DNA from: Candidatus Aenigmatarchaeota archaeon
Lineage (GTDB): Archaea > Aenigmatarchaeota > Aenigmatarchaeia > Aenigmatarchaeales > Aenigmatarchaeaceae
Assembly: GCA_043814985.1 (NCBI GenBank)
Contig: JBDRJK010000001.1
Coordinates: 28,083 to 92,082, forward strand
DNA length: 64,000 bases
Direction of reading: 5' to 3'
In this document: piece by piece, positions 10,141 through 19,046 of the stretch
How positions within the stretch are numbered: position 1 is the first letter of the stretch
Layout of the letters: every line of letters begins with the position of its first letter
Made by a program: the position numbers and the translations under genes
The notes under the pieces: model-generated
What the model was told of the DNA's origin: nothing
What the model saw: only the letters and a program-made list of their open reading frames with translations
Databases searched by the model: none

Positions 10141-11148
10141 ATGAATTTTAAAAATATGTTAAGTTTTGGCTCGGGAAAGCCTAAAAAAGGCGGGCCCAAA
10201 AAGGAAGGGTTAAACATAGAGTACAAATATATACCCTTGATAGTAGCAGCTATCATAATCGCCATTGGATTATTTTTCTACGAAATTCCAGCAATAATGT
10301 ACAACCTCATTGTTCTTGGGGTCATAATAGGAGTGGCCCCACTAGTACTCATTTCTTATTTTGAATATTCTAGAATCAAGGCAATAGAGGACCAGCTGCC
10401 AATTTTCTTGCTTGATCTGGCCGAGTCACAAAAGGTCGGGTTGACCCTACACGAGTCACTGAAACAAGCAGCAAAAACTGACTACGGCAAGCTGACGCCT
10501 GAGATAAGAAAGGTCTACAACCAACTGTCATGGGGCTTGAGAGTACAAGACGTGTTTTTGAATTTTTCCAAAAGAATGAAGAAGTCAAAGCTAATAGGAA
10601 GGATTGTCAGGATAATAAATGAGACCTATATATCCGGAGGGGATATAGGAAGGACAATGGAATCGACCGCATCAGACATAACAGCCATAAAGGAGGCTGA
10701 GAAGGAAAGGAAGTCAGTAACCTCGGAGCACACCTTCATCATGTATGCAATATACTTCATATTCATCGGGATTGTCATTGGTCTTTCCCAGACACTTATA
10801 CCGCTGTTGAGCATGGGAGAGCAGGCCGGAGCAGCAGGTGGGGGAATGGGGGGAATATTCGAATTCAAAGACCCCTGCGTGGCATGTGAAGGCAGCGGCA
10901 ACATATACTGCATAAACTGCTCGATTTTTGGTGTTGTCTGCCAGATGTTCAGTCTAAAGGAAGGCGGAACATGCTATTACAATGCCTTATTCCTCGTGAT
11001 GGCAGTTGTGCAGGGCATCTTCTCAGGCCTGGTGGCCGGGCAGATAGGTGAGGGCTCTGTTTATGCTGGCGTCAAGCACAGCATTATAATGACAATCTCC
11101 GGCTTTGCAATACTTATAGCCCTAATGCTGTCAGGTTTCATGGGATAA
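10141..11148 (+). CDS. Second T2SS F-family platform protein (TadB/C-like)
   Basis: IEDQLPIFLLDLAESQKVG...YGKLTPEI...SWG motifs, plus a Cys-rich external loop. Confidence 0.9.
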   Translation: MNFKNMLSFGSGKPKKGGPKKEGLNIEYKYIPLIVAAIIIAIGLFFYEIPAIMYNLIVLGVIIGVAPLVLISYFEYSRIKAIEDQLPIFLLDLAESQKVGLTLHESLKQAAKTDYGKLTPEIRKVYNQLSWGLRVQDVFLNFSKRMKKSKLIGRIVRIINETYISGGDIGRTMESTASDITAIKEAEKERKSVTSEHTFIMYAIYFIFIGIVIGLSQTLIPLLSMGEQAGAAGGGMGGIFEFKDPCVACEGSGNIYCINCSIFGVVCQMFSLKEGGTCYYNALFLVMAVVQGIFSGLVAGQIGEGSVYAGVKHSIIMTISGFAILIALMLSGFMG

Positions 11149-11149
11149 T

Positions 11150-11596
11150 ATGCTCGGTCAAATAAGAATTGAATTCATTGCTGGCATCTTGATATTTTCA
11201 ATAATAATAACGTTTGTCGTAAACCAGACCAACATAACTTTCTCAAACCTGCTGACAGATTCAAAGGCTGACATCCTGAAGGCAAAGGCCTTAAATTCAA
11301 TAACAATCCTTGTTGAGGACACGGGACAACCATCAAACTGGAATCCGTCAAATGTTGAAAGAGTCGGACTTGCATACAAGCCGCATAGCCTTTCCCGCAA
11401 CAAGATAAACATGCTCAACACTAACTGTGATATCTTGGACAATTTCGTACTTAGGACCTACAGGCTAACGATATATAATTCCACTGATTTGATGTTGTTT
11501 TGCGGCAGCGAGAATTTAAACCCGGCTGCAGCATTTGAAGTGGAGTATGTTGAGATCGAGGGAGACTACGGCAATGTCTCATTAGAGATGTGGTAA
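11150..11596 (+). CDS. Minor pilin-like protein
   Basis: MLG|QIRIEFIAGILIF class III-like N-terminus and a GQPSNW motif. Confidence 0.75.
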   Translation: MLGQIRIEFIAGILIFSIIITFVVNQTNITFSNLLTDSKADILKAKALNSITILVEDTGQPSNWNPSNVERVGLAYKPHSLSRNKINMLNTNCDILDNFVLRTYRLTIYNSTDLMLFCGSENLNPAAAFEVEYVEIEGDYGNVSLEMW

Positions 11597-11597
11597 A

Positions 11598-12761
11598 ATG
11601 AAAGGTTTTGTATATTTGTTGGAGATAGCAATCGCAGCAATACTTATGGTAGTTGTCCTGAGCACTTTCTTTGCCATCAGAGTGAAACAGAGCTGGGAAA
11701 GCTCTGACCTCATAGACGCCGGAAACAACATTCTTAGCTACATAAAACAAGACGACAATTATTTTGTAGACATACTGGATGGAAACTTTTCAGATATGAT
11801 TGAAAATATTAAGGTGGCAAGCATTGGTTATGGTATCAGCATCAAAGGCTCGCCAAAGTCAAACATAATAGTTGGCTGTGCTCAGAATTATCAATGTGCT
11901 TATATTCAAAGCCTTTTGACAGATGTTTATTTGAACGAACGCCAAATCACTTTTCTTGTTGAGGAATTCAACATCACGGCCGGAGTTCCGAATTACTATG
12001 ATGCAATTGTTTTTGTTGATTATAATGGATACACAACATATAAAACAGAAATCATTGATTTTTTGAACACTGGAGGCATGGTTCTTGGAATAAACCCAGT
12101 AATCAACAACAATGATTTTTATGACATTTTCGGCTTAAGTGAAAGCCTTAATCCCCTTCCCCCTCCAGGCGAGTCTAACCATTTCACAGCATATGACCCT
12201 GCAATAGAGGACATAGAAAAGTATTTCATGGGAATTGGTTTTGACCTAAATAGAAGCTGGTATATCTGGGAGGATGAGTGGACAGTTGATTATGGTACGA
12301 ATTATATAAACTTATCAAGAGGCGGTGAGGAGAGGAATTTACGTTACGAAGAGGATACTATTGTCCTGAGAGGACCAGATTCCATTGATTATTCATTCCA
12401 AGTAAAGGAAATATGGTCTGGGATTCAAAAAGCAAATGTCCAAACCTTGAGTACTGGCTTTGTTTTTGAAGATTTTTCAGATGCAATCCCTGTTGAAGGC
12501 AATAAAAACGTTGTTGGTTATTTTTCAAACAGTTATGCAGAAATGGCATCAAATGGAAGCGCAATCTGGATTTCAGACTTTCCGTTTAGCAGCGAATATG
12601 TAACATTGTTAAAATCTGCCATAATTTCAAGGTGTGATGAATGGGTCGCCAAGGGAGTTTACACAGAAAGGGAGACTGTAACAACATCATCCTTCTTTTC
12701 TTTGTGCTGTGACATGCCAGAAACAGCAGAATTGGAAATCACCTTGTGGAATATTGTCTAA
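11598..12761 (+). CDS. Large pilin-like/adhesin protein with class III signal
   Basis: MKG|FVYLLEIAIAAILM N-terminus followed by a large acidic extracellular domain. Confidence 0.75.
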   Translation: MKGFVYLLEIAIAAILMVVVLSTFFAIRVKQSWESSDLIDAGNNILSYIKQDDNYFVDILDGNFSDMIENIKVASIGYGISIKGSPKSNIIVGCAQNYQCAYIQSLLTDVYLNERQITFLVEEFNITAGVPNYYDAIVFVDYNGYTTYKTEIIDFLNTGGMVLGINPVINNNDFYDIFGLSESLNPLPPPGESNHFTAYDPAIEDIEKYFMGIGFDLNRSWYIWEDEWTVDYGTNYINLSRGGEERNLRYEEDTIVLRGPDSIDYSFQVKEIWSGIQKANVQTLSTGFVFEDFSDAIPVEGNKNVVGYFSNSYAEMASNGSAIWISDFPFSSEYVTLLKSAIISRCDEWVAKGVYTERETVTTSSFFSLCCDMPETAELEITLWNIV

Positions 12762-13057
12762 ACTTCCTCTGTTTTTCCATTAATCTTGACAATTTCCTTC
12801 ATTGCCTTTGTCAATGTCCTCTTCTTGTAATGCTCTATGCTCATGTGCCAGTAGAGGTTGCCGTGAGCCACTTTCCTCTTCATTATCTTGCCTTCATTGC
12901 AAAGCCAGTCAAGTTTCTTCCTGATTGTCTCCAAGGTATTGGGTTTTACAGGGATTCCTTCTATTTTCAGCAAATCTGTTGGCATACAGGGAGAATTAGC
13001 TAAGACAAGTATCTCCAATCTCTCCTCATCAGGATAATCGTAAATTTTCTTGGGCAA
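12758..13057 (-). CDS. Small hypothetical protein, possibly winged-helix
   Basis: 99 aa with a TTG start; ETIRKKLDWLCNEGKIMKRKVAHGNLYW resembles a recognition helix plus wing. Confidence 0.55.
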   Translation of the reverse strand: MPKKIYDYPDEERLEILVLANSPCMPTDLLKIEGIPVKPNTLETIRKKLDWLCNEGKIMKRKVAHGNLYWHMSIEHYKKRTLTKAMKEIVKINGKTEEV

Positions 13058-13219
13058 AAAACCACGTATAAACTCTACTTATTCTTATTATAACTTAATT
13101 AGTATAAAAGAATAACTGCACTTACAAAAGAGATAACTAGACTTATAGAAAATTTAAATTTCCTTTGGCACCTTTTAGGCACGGAAGGTATACTAAACCA
13201 TCTCATCTTTTCCGAAGAA

Positions 13220-13516
13220 TTAGTCTAAGGAGATTTTCTTCAACATGCCTTTTTTCTTAATCCATAAAGACTGTGCTCTTGAGTATTTCCAAATAACGTC
13301 TGCCCTTTCCTCAGTCTGTACTACCCATGGTGTCACTAATACCAGATCGCCGGCCTTAGCCCACATTCTTCTTCTTACCCTACCGGGTATCCTGCATATC
13401 CTAGTAAAACCATCATCGCACTTGACTTCCATTCTTCCGCCTCCCAAAAGAGCATTAACAGTTCCCAAAATCTCCCCTTTCTTGGGCATTCTAACTCTTA
13501 TGATCACTTCTTCCAT
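13220..13516 (-). CDS. eif1a: Translation initiation factor aIF-1A
   Basis: LLGGGRMEVKCDDGFTRICRIPGRVRRRMWAKAGDLVLV. Confidence 0.96.
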   Translation of the reverse strand: MEEVIIRVRMPKKGEILGTVNALLGGGRMEVKCDDGFTRICRIPGRVRRRMWAKAGDLVLVTPWVVQTEERADVIWKYSRAQSLWIKKKGMLKKISLD

Positions 13517-14155
13517 TCAATCAATCCTTACTAATATCGAACTTCTATAAATATCTTTACCTTTCTTTCTAGTAACCAGCTTGTAATTCTTTTTTACTTC
13601 GGCGTCAAATTTCTTTTTTAACTCGTTTGCTACTCTGTCCGCGAAATTATTGTCTGCCAGATAGATGTCCATCCCGTTCTTTAGTTCCTCCACCCTGAAA
13701 GTCTTGTTCTCCCTTATTATCTGATCATCTATGAAGTTCATGGCCTCGGCTGTATTGCCTCTCAGCTGAATAACAGCTTCAAAGTATCCGCCACTTCTTC
13801 TAGAGCAGTCTATACAAACCTTCTTAATTGGCTTGAGAGCTATAACATGCTCCTCTTTTTCTTTAATTTTCTTAGAGCCCTTAAGATAGCCCTTGGCGAT
13901 AACATGGAGGACATCGTTCTTATTGATTTTAATGCTGACATTCTTTCCCATAATCTTAATCTTGTCCCTCAGAAGCTCCCCAACCTCAATTTCCTCCCAA
14001 TTGTTCCTGTGCTTTATGCGGTCGCACCTCTTGCACACTGTAAAGGTCATTTTCTCAGGAACTTCTATCAGGTTAAACTCCTTGTTGTAGCAGTCCTCGC
14101 AGTAGCCCTCTACCAATTCTTCAGTATTCTTACCACACAAAAAACAAAACTTCAT
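13517..14155 (-). CDS. nmd3: NMD3-family ribosome biogenesis protein
   Basis: Four CxxC pairs (CFLC, CEDC, CKRC, CIDC) and SGGYFEAVIQLR. Confidence 0.92.
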   Translation of the reverse strand: MKFCFLCGKNTEELVEGYCEDCYNKEFNLIEVPEKMTFTVCKRCDRIKHRNNWEEIEVGELLRDKIKIMGKNVSIKINKNDVLHVIAKGYLKGSKKIKEKEEHVIALKPIKKVCIDCSRRSGGYFEAVIQLRGNTAEAMNFIDDQIIRENKTFRVEELKNGMDIYLADNNFADRVANELKKKFDAEVKKNYKLVTRKKGKDIYRSSILVRID

Positions 14156-14156
14156 A

Positions 14157-14651
14157 CTAATCATTCCTTACCTTTTGTAAGAAGCCGTATACCTTTGAAT
14201 GTTTTGATCCTCTAAGTATCATGTTAACAGCGTCTCTAGCTATTTCAAGCTGTTGGTATTTGCCTATCAGGGATACTGTCTTGCCGCACACGGACATGAA
14301 GCAGCCACTGTCCTTCTCAATAATTATCCTTGTCTTGCCTCTGGTGCCTATCAGCCTTGACTTTATCAGCTTCAATTTATTGTCCTTGAAGCCTTCCAGC
14401 TCTATTATTTCCAAAACTTCTTCTTCATCAAACAATCTAAAGGCCTTTTTCGGAACAAAACCCTTTGCTATTGCCTTCACTATGCACTTTGCCTGTAAAA
14501 GCTCTATGCCCTCGCCTTTGATTTCAACCAGATTGTCCTGGAACTCGATTTTCACATTGAGGGTATTTTCTATCTTATGATTGACAGGTCTGTCTTTAAT
14601 TACCTTTATCCTATCCAGGGGAACAATCACTGTTTCTAAAATCTCTCTCAC
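14157..14651 (-). CDS. KH-domain RNA-processing protein (Dim2/Pno1/KRR1 family)
   Basis: KAIAKGF, SRLIGTRGKTR and GSKHSKVYGFL motifs; typical synteny with aIF-1A and topo VI. Confidence 0.9.
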   Translation of the reverse strand: MREILETVIVPLDRIKVIKDRPVNHKIENTLNVKIEFQDNLVEIKGEGIELLQAKCIVKAIAKGFVPKKAFRLFDEEEVLEIIELEGFKDNKLKLIKSRLIGTRGKTRIIIEKDSGCFMSVCGKTVSLIGKYQQLEIARDAVNMILRGSKHSKVYGFLQKVRND

Positions 14652-14782
14652 CTATATTCATAAATTGAAAAGACAAACTTATATTAAACACAAGTGTATT
14701 TATATAAAAAATAGAACTTAACTTCTAAAAAATGCAATTAAGTTTAAAAGGAATAAGTGTCAATTCAATTGAGTGGTAAAAA

Positions 14783-16366
14783 ATGGCAGATAATTCGAAA
14801 AACGCAACAGAACTGGGAAAAAGTCTGAAAGAAATATCTGTGGCCGAATTCTTCGAGAAGAACAGGCACTTGTTGGGTTATGACAACCCTACAAAGGCAT
14901 TGCTGACCATTGTAAAGGAGACAGTAGACAATTCAATTGATGCTTGCGAAGAAGCAGGCATACTTCCTGACATAAAGGTTACTATAAAGCAGATTGGAGA
15001 CAGCAGATACCGCTTAAAGGTCGAAGATAATGGCCCTGGAATAATTGAAGAGAAGCTTTCCCTAGCTTTTGGCAAGTTCCTTTACGGAAGCAAGTTCCAC
15101 AGATTAAGGCAGGCAAGAGGTACACAGGGCATTGGAGTTGCAGGAGCCATCTTATATTCTCAATTAACAACAGGAAAACCAGTTAAAATATCATCAAGTA
15201 TAGGAAATGAGATTACAGACCTTGTCTTGATGCTTGATGTTATCAAAAACGAACCTCACATAATATCTTCTACTAAATCAAAAAACCCCAACAAGTGGCA
15301 TGGCATAAAAATCGAGATGGAAATGGAGGCAAGATACATAGAAAAGGGTGTGTCTGTCCCAGAATACCTGAAGCAAACAGCAATAATGAACCCTTATACA
15401 AAGATAGTTTACAACGGCCCCAACGAAAAGATAACATTCTCAAGAGCAGTGCAAAAACTTCCTAAGATGCCAAGGGAAATCAAACCTCATCCGCACGGAG
15501 TTGAGCTTGGAATCCTAAGGAGAATGGCAAAACTATCAAAGGAAAAGGACATAAAGAGGTTTTTGAAAAAGGAATTCTCAAGAATAGGAAGCACATCAGC
15601 TGAACAGATATTCAAATTGGCGAAAATCGATCCTAAGAAGAAGCCAATAAATCTTGCTCACGATGATATTGTAAAATTGCACAATGCAATGAATAAAATA
15701 AAACTCATTGCCCCATCAACAGACTGCCTGTCTCAGATAGGAGAGGAAATGATAGAAAAAGGTTTGAGAAAGCAGATAGATGCAGAGTATTTTGTTGCAA
15801 TATCAAGGTCACCGACAGTCTACAGGGGAAGGCCTTTCGCAGTTGAGGTCGGAATAGCATACGGAGGAAGTCTGAACCCGAAAGACAAGGCGGAGCTTTT
15901 GAGATTCGCAAACAAGGTTCCTCTGATGTATCACAAGGGAGACTGCGCAATAACAAAGGCTGTACAGCAGACTGACTGGAGAAGATACGGCTTGCAGCAG
16001 TCAGGAGGTTCCATACCAAACGGTCCTGTGGCAATTACTGTTCATTTCGCATCTGTCTGGGTTCCCTACACTTCAGAAGGAAAGCAGGCAATAGCAAGCT
16101 ATCCTGAAATCGTAAAGGAAATCAAACTGGCGCTTCAAGACGCTGGCAGGAAACTCAAACTTTTCATTTCAAGAAAGAAGAAAAGGCACGAACTTGAAAA
16201 AAGGAAGAACCTTTTTGAGAAATACATACCAGAAGTTGCAATAGCCTTGTCAAAAATAACAGACACGCCAGAAGGGAAAATCAGAAAAGGTCTGGAAGAC
16301 TTATTAAAGAGAGGTACTAAAAATGGCGAAAACGGAGAAGCTGAAGCAGGGGAAGAAAAACCTTAA
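14783..16366 (+). CDS. top6B: DNA topoisomerase VI subunit B
   Basis: GHKL motifs KETVDNSIDA, EDNGPG and QARGTQGIG, plus RFANKVPL. Confidence 0.98.
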   Translation: MADNSKNATELGKSLKEISVAEFFEKNRHLLGYDNPTKALLTIVKETVDNSIDACEEAGILPDIKVTIKQIGDSRYRLKVEDNGPGIIEEKLSLAFGKFLYGSKFHRLRQARGTQGIGVAGAILYSQLTTGKPVKISSSIGNEITDLVLMLDVIKNEPHIISSTKSKNPNKWHGIKIEMEMEARYIEKGVSVPEYLKQTAIMNPYTKIVYNGPNEKITFSRAVQKLPKMPREIKPHPHGVELGILRRMAKLSKEKDIKRFLKKEFSRIGSTSAEQIFKLAKIDPKKKPINLAHDDIVKLHNAMNKIKLIAPSTDCLSQIGEEMIEKGLRKQIDAEYFVAISRSPTVYRGRPFAVEVGIAYGGSLNPKDKAELLRFANKVPLMYHKGDCAITKAVQQTDWRRYGLQQSGGSIPNGPVAITVHFASVWVPYTSEGKQAIASYPEIVKEIKLALQDAGRKLKLFISRKKKRHELEKRKNLFEKYIPEVAIALSKITDTPEGKIRKGLEDLLKRGTKNGENGEAEAGEEKP

Positions 16367-17417
16367 GGAACTAGGTCAGAAAATAGTGAAGGATATTGAG
16401 AGTGAGAAGAATCCCTCAATGGATGTTCCTGTGAGAAGCCTCTCTAATGTTTATTATGATGAGAAGAACAGGATACTGAAACTTGGGATAAACAAGTCAA
16501 AAAGGTATTTCTTCAATGTTGCTCATGTGAGAAAGTTCACACAGACCGCTGAGGTTGCCGCACTGGCAAAGCAGTTGCTTGATGTTGACAAGCACATAAG
16601 TCTGAGAGAGGTTTTCTATGCAATGAGGAGAACGCTTCCCGATTCTGACATAGACATAGTCAACGAGCAGGATGAGTCTAACATGGCCGTTGAAGACTTG
16701 GAGCTGATAACAAACCTTCTCAGAGAACAGCTTCACATAAACGCTAACAAACTAGGAGCAGCTGCGGGAAGAATAGTAATTAAGGACAAGGGAGACCTTA
16801 TCGACTGGTCAAAGCTGGGAAGTGGTGGATGGGCTATCCCCTCCAATGTCGAGGAGATTGAGTTCAAGAAAGTGGATGCCAAGTTTATAATCTACATGGA
16901 AAAGGCTGCTGTGTGGGAAAGACTGCACGAAGATAGGTTATGGGACAAGATGAACTGTGTGATAATCGCATCCCAGGGTCAGGCAACAAGGGGAATAAGG
17001 AGACTGCTCAAAAGAATGAATCAGGAACTGAAACTTCCTGTTTATATCTTGACAGATTTCGACCCATGGGGGATTTACATATATTCTGTCATCAAGACAG
17101 GTTCAATATCATTGGCCCACATATCAGAAAGACTGGCAATACCTGACGCGAAATTCCTTGGGTTATCAGGGGATGACATAATAAAGTATGGCCTGAAAAA
17201 ACACATAATAAAATTCAAGGATGTTGACATTAAGAGAATAAAGCAAATTTCCAACTACGAGTGGTTCAAGGACAAGAAAGAATGGAAAAGGCAGTTCAAA
17301 CTGATGATGGACATGAAGGGGAAGGTGGAACTAGACGCCCTAGTTTCCAAGGGAATAACATTCACTTCTGACGTATACATACCAGAAAAAATTAAAAACA
17401 AAGAATTTATTGACTAA
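16323..17417 (+). CDS. top6A: DNA topoisomerase VI subunit A
   Basis: LREVFY (catalytic Tyr), EKAAV, and the TDFDPWG TOPRIM motif. Confidence 0.98.
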   Translation: MAKTEKLKQGKKNLKELGQKIVKDIESEKNPSMDVPVRSLSNVYYDEKNRILKLGINKSKRYFFNVAHVRKFTQTAEVAALAKQLLDVDKHISLREVFYAMRRTLPDSDIDIVNEQDESNMAVEDLELITNLLREQLHINANKLGAAAGRIVIKDKGDLIDWSKLGSGGWAIPSNVEEIEFKKVDAKFIIYMEKAAVWERLHEDRLWDKMNCVIIASQGQATRGIRRLLKRMNQELKLPVYILTDFDPWGIYIYSVIKTGSISLAHISERLAIPDAKFLGLSGDDIIKYGLKKHIIKFKDVDIKRIKQISNYEWFKDKKEWKRQFKLMMDMKGKVELDALVSKGITFTSDVYIPEKIKNKEFID

Positions 17418-17493
17418 TTTCTATAAAATATTTTTATTTTATTTTTGCGTAAAAAAGACATAACTATAAATATCAAAAAATTATAATTTAAAT

Positions 17494-17518
17494 TACGAAA
17501 TAAAAAAATTATTTCGTA
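17494..17518. promoter_or_regulatory. Perfect 10-bp inverted repeat (TACGAAATAA-N5-TTATTTCGTA) upstream of the Lys-rich microgene
   Basis: Read directly from the sequence; lies between AT-rich TATA-like boxes and the GAGGTG RBS. Confidence 0.6.
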
Positions 17519-17549
17519 TTATTTTATAAAAAAAATTGAGGTGTAAAAA

Positions 17550-17627
17550 ATGGCAGCAAAAAGGAAAGCAGCAAAGAAGAAAGTAACAAAGAAAAAGACA
17601 ACAAAAAAGAAAAAAACCAAAAGATAG
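17550..17627 (+). CDS. 25-aa Lys-rich microprotein MAAKRKAAKKKVTKKKTTKKKKTKR (histone-H1-tail-like)
   Basis: GAGGTG RBS before the ATG, tandem stops TAG TAA, its own promoter-like region and a downstream terminator; below the ORF-track size cutoff. Confidence 0.75.
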   Translation: MAAKRKAAKKKVTKKKTTKKKKTKR

Positions 17628-17644
17628 TAAATAAATTGCCTGAG

Positions 17645-17697
17645 AAAACGATGATGGCGTTTTTATTTTTTCGAACTTTCTTTCTTTAAATTTTTAT
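17645..17697 (+). terminator. Hairpin plus oligo-T terminator
   Basis: AAAACG-atgatgg-CGTTTT followed by long T tracts. Confidence 0.55.
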
Positions 17698-17740
17698 TAT
17701 CAGCTCATTCTAAAACCGGATTCAAAACAGCACTAAAAGG

Positions 17741-17748
17741 TTTAAATA
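17741..17748 (+). promoter_or_regulatory. TATA box for tRNA-Phe
   Basis: TTTAAATA preceded by a purine-rich BRE-like AAAAGG, about 24-31 nt upstream of the tRNA 5' end. Confidence 0.65.
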
Positions 17749-17771
17749 TTATAATCCTTTATCAATTTGTA

Positions 17772-17845
17772 GGGGCAGTAGCTCAGCCTGGGAGAGCGCA
17801 CGGCTGAAGACCGTGATGTCGCGTGTTCAAATCACGCCTGTCCCA
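17772..17845 (+). tRNA. trnF: tRNA-Phe(GAA), no intron, CCA not encoded
   Basis: Acceptor stem GGGGCAG/CTGTCCC, anticodon arm CACGG-CTGAAGA-CCGTG, T arm GCGTG-TTCAAAT-CACGC. Confidence 0.97.
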
Positions 17846-17881
17846 CTTATTTTTTAATCTTTAAAATCCAATTTTTAGTAT

Positions 17882-18433
17882 ATGTTTCTTCGTATAGTGC
17901 CGGTCAGCAACATAGCCCAGGGCATATTGGACAAGGTACGAAACGACCTGGAGAGCAACCTGAACATAAAGTGCAGGATAATGCCGGGACTCCAGCTTCC
18001 CGAGGGCTCATTCAACAGGTGGAGAAAGCAGTACAATGCAGAAGTGATACTCAGTCTGCTGTCTGAAAAGTCAGCAGTCAAGTTCATAGACAAGAACATC
18101 CCGACCTTACTGATAACTGACGTTGACCTCTATTACGGTGGCCTGAACTTCGTTTTCAGCCTGGAATATCCTGCAAAGAGCTCTGCCATTGTCTCTATCA
18201 CAAGACTGAGACCAGAGTTCTACGACGAGAGAGCCAACATGAACCTTCTCGGTGATAGGACTGTCAAGGAGGTCATACATGAGATAGGGCACCATCTCAG
18301 CTTGGGGCACTGCTGCAACACATGGTGTGTCATGTGCTTTTCCCCATCTGTAGGAGACATCGACATAAAGCAAAAGTATTTTTGCGAGAACTGCAAGATT
18401 AAACTAATGACAAGAGGAATAAACATAGGTTGA
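17882..18433 (+). CDS. amzA: Archaemetzincin zinc metalloprotease
   Basis: HEIGHHLSLGHC-x4-CVM motif and C-terminal FCENC; RQYNAE-like N-terminal motif. Confidence 0.92.
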   Translation: MFLRIVPVSNIAQGILDKVRNDLESNLNIKCRIMPGLQLPEGSFNRWRKQYNAEVILSLLSEKSAVKFIDKNIPTLLITDVDLYYGGLNFVFSLEYPAKSSAIVSITRLRPEFYDERANMNLLGDRTVKEVIHEIGHHLSLGHCCNTWCVMCFSPSVGDIDIKQKYFCENCKIKLMTRGINIG

Positions 18434-18437
18434 TTTT

Positions 18438-19022
18438 ATGGTTACCGAAACTGTTTTAGTAAGAATTGTTGAAGAATATGTGTTTAGTAATCCTCCTCCT
18501 AGAGACATTCTTTACCTTAGTCATGTAGATTCTGTCAGAAATTATGCTTTATTGTTGGCGTCAAAAATAAAGTCTGACAAACTGGTAGTAGAATTAACAG
18601 CTCTACTTCACGATATTGGAAAAACAAAGGATTTGAAAAACCACCATATAGAAAGTGCAAAAATAGCAGAACCACTTCTGAGGAAACATGGTTGTGATGA
18701 AAAAACAATACAAAAGGTCGTCAATTGTATTCTAACTCACAGAGCCGAAAGAGATGACAAAGCTGAAACAATAGAGGCTCAGATAATCAAAGACGCCGAT
18801 GGTATAGCTTTTCTGGATATTGAAACAGGCACATGGATAGCCTTTCTATATTATATGTGGTTAGAAAGAAAGCTTAGTTTTGAAGAGGGTGTGAAAAAAA
18901 CCATAATTAAAACTGAAAATATGTACGAAAAGATAGAAACAGAAGAAGGTAAGTCGATTGCTAGCTCAAATTATAATAAAATAAAAAGTCTACTCTCATT
19001 CCCAATTAAGAAAATGTTTTAA
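18438..19022 (+). CDS. HD-domain protein
   Basis: H...LHDIG...H...DAD residues; visibly more AT-rich codon usage than the flanking genes. Confidence 0.85.
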   Translation: MVTETVLVRIVEEYVFSNPPPRDILYLSHVDSVRNYALLLASKIKSDKLVVELTALLHDIGKTKDLKNHHIESAKIAEPLLRKHGCDEKTIQKVVNCILTHRAERDDKAETIEAQIIKDADGIAFLDIETGTWIAFLYYMWLERKLSFEEGVKKTIIKTENMYEKIETEEGKSIASSNYNKIKSLLSFPIKKMF

Positions 19023-19046
19023 ATAGTGCAAACCTAAAGTGATTAT

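Noticed and set aside
13150-13219. Short imperfect repeat CCTTTGGCAC/CTTTTAGGCAC downstream of eif1a as an sRNA
   Set aside because: No C/D or H/ACA boxes and no convincing fold.
14637-14655. Third ATT start for the KH protein (GGTG-AGAGAG-ATT)
   Set aside because: An in-frame GTG is available, so non-canonical initiation is not required.
16323-16366. 44-nt overlap of top6B and top6A
   Set aside because: Ordinary translational-coupling overlap in a compact genome.
17550-17627. Ribosomal protein eL41 as the identity of the 25-aa basic peptide
   Set aside because: Same length, but it lacks the Arg-rich, Trp-containing eL41 pattern; its composition is K/A/T.
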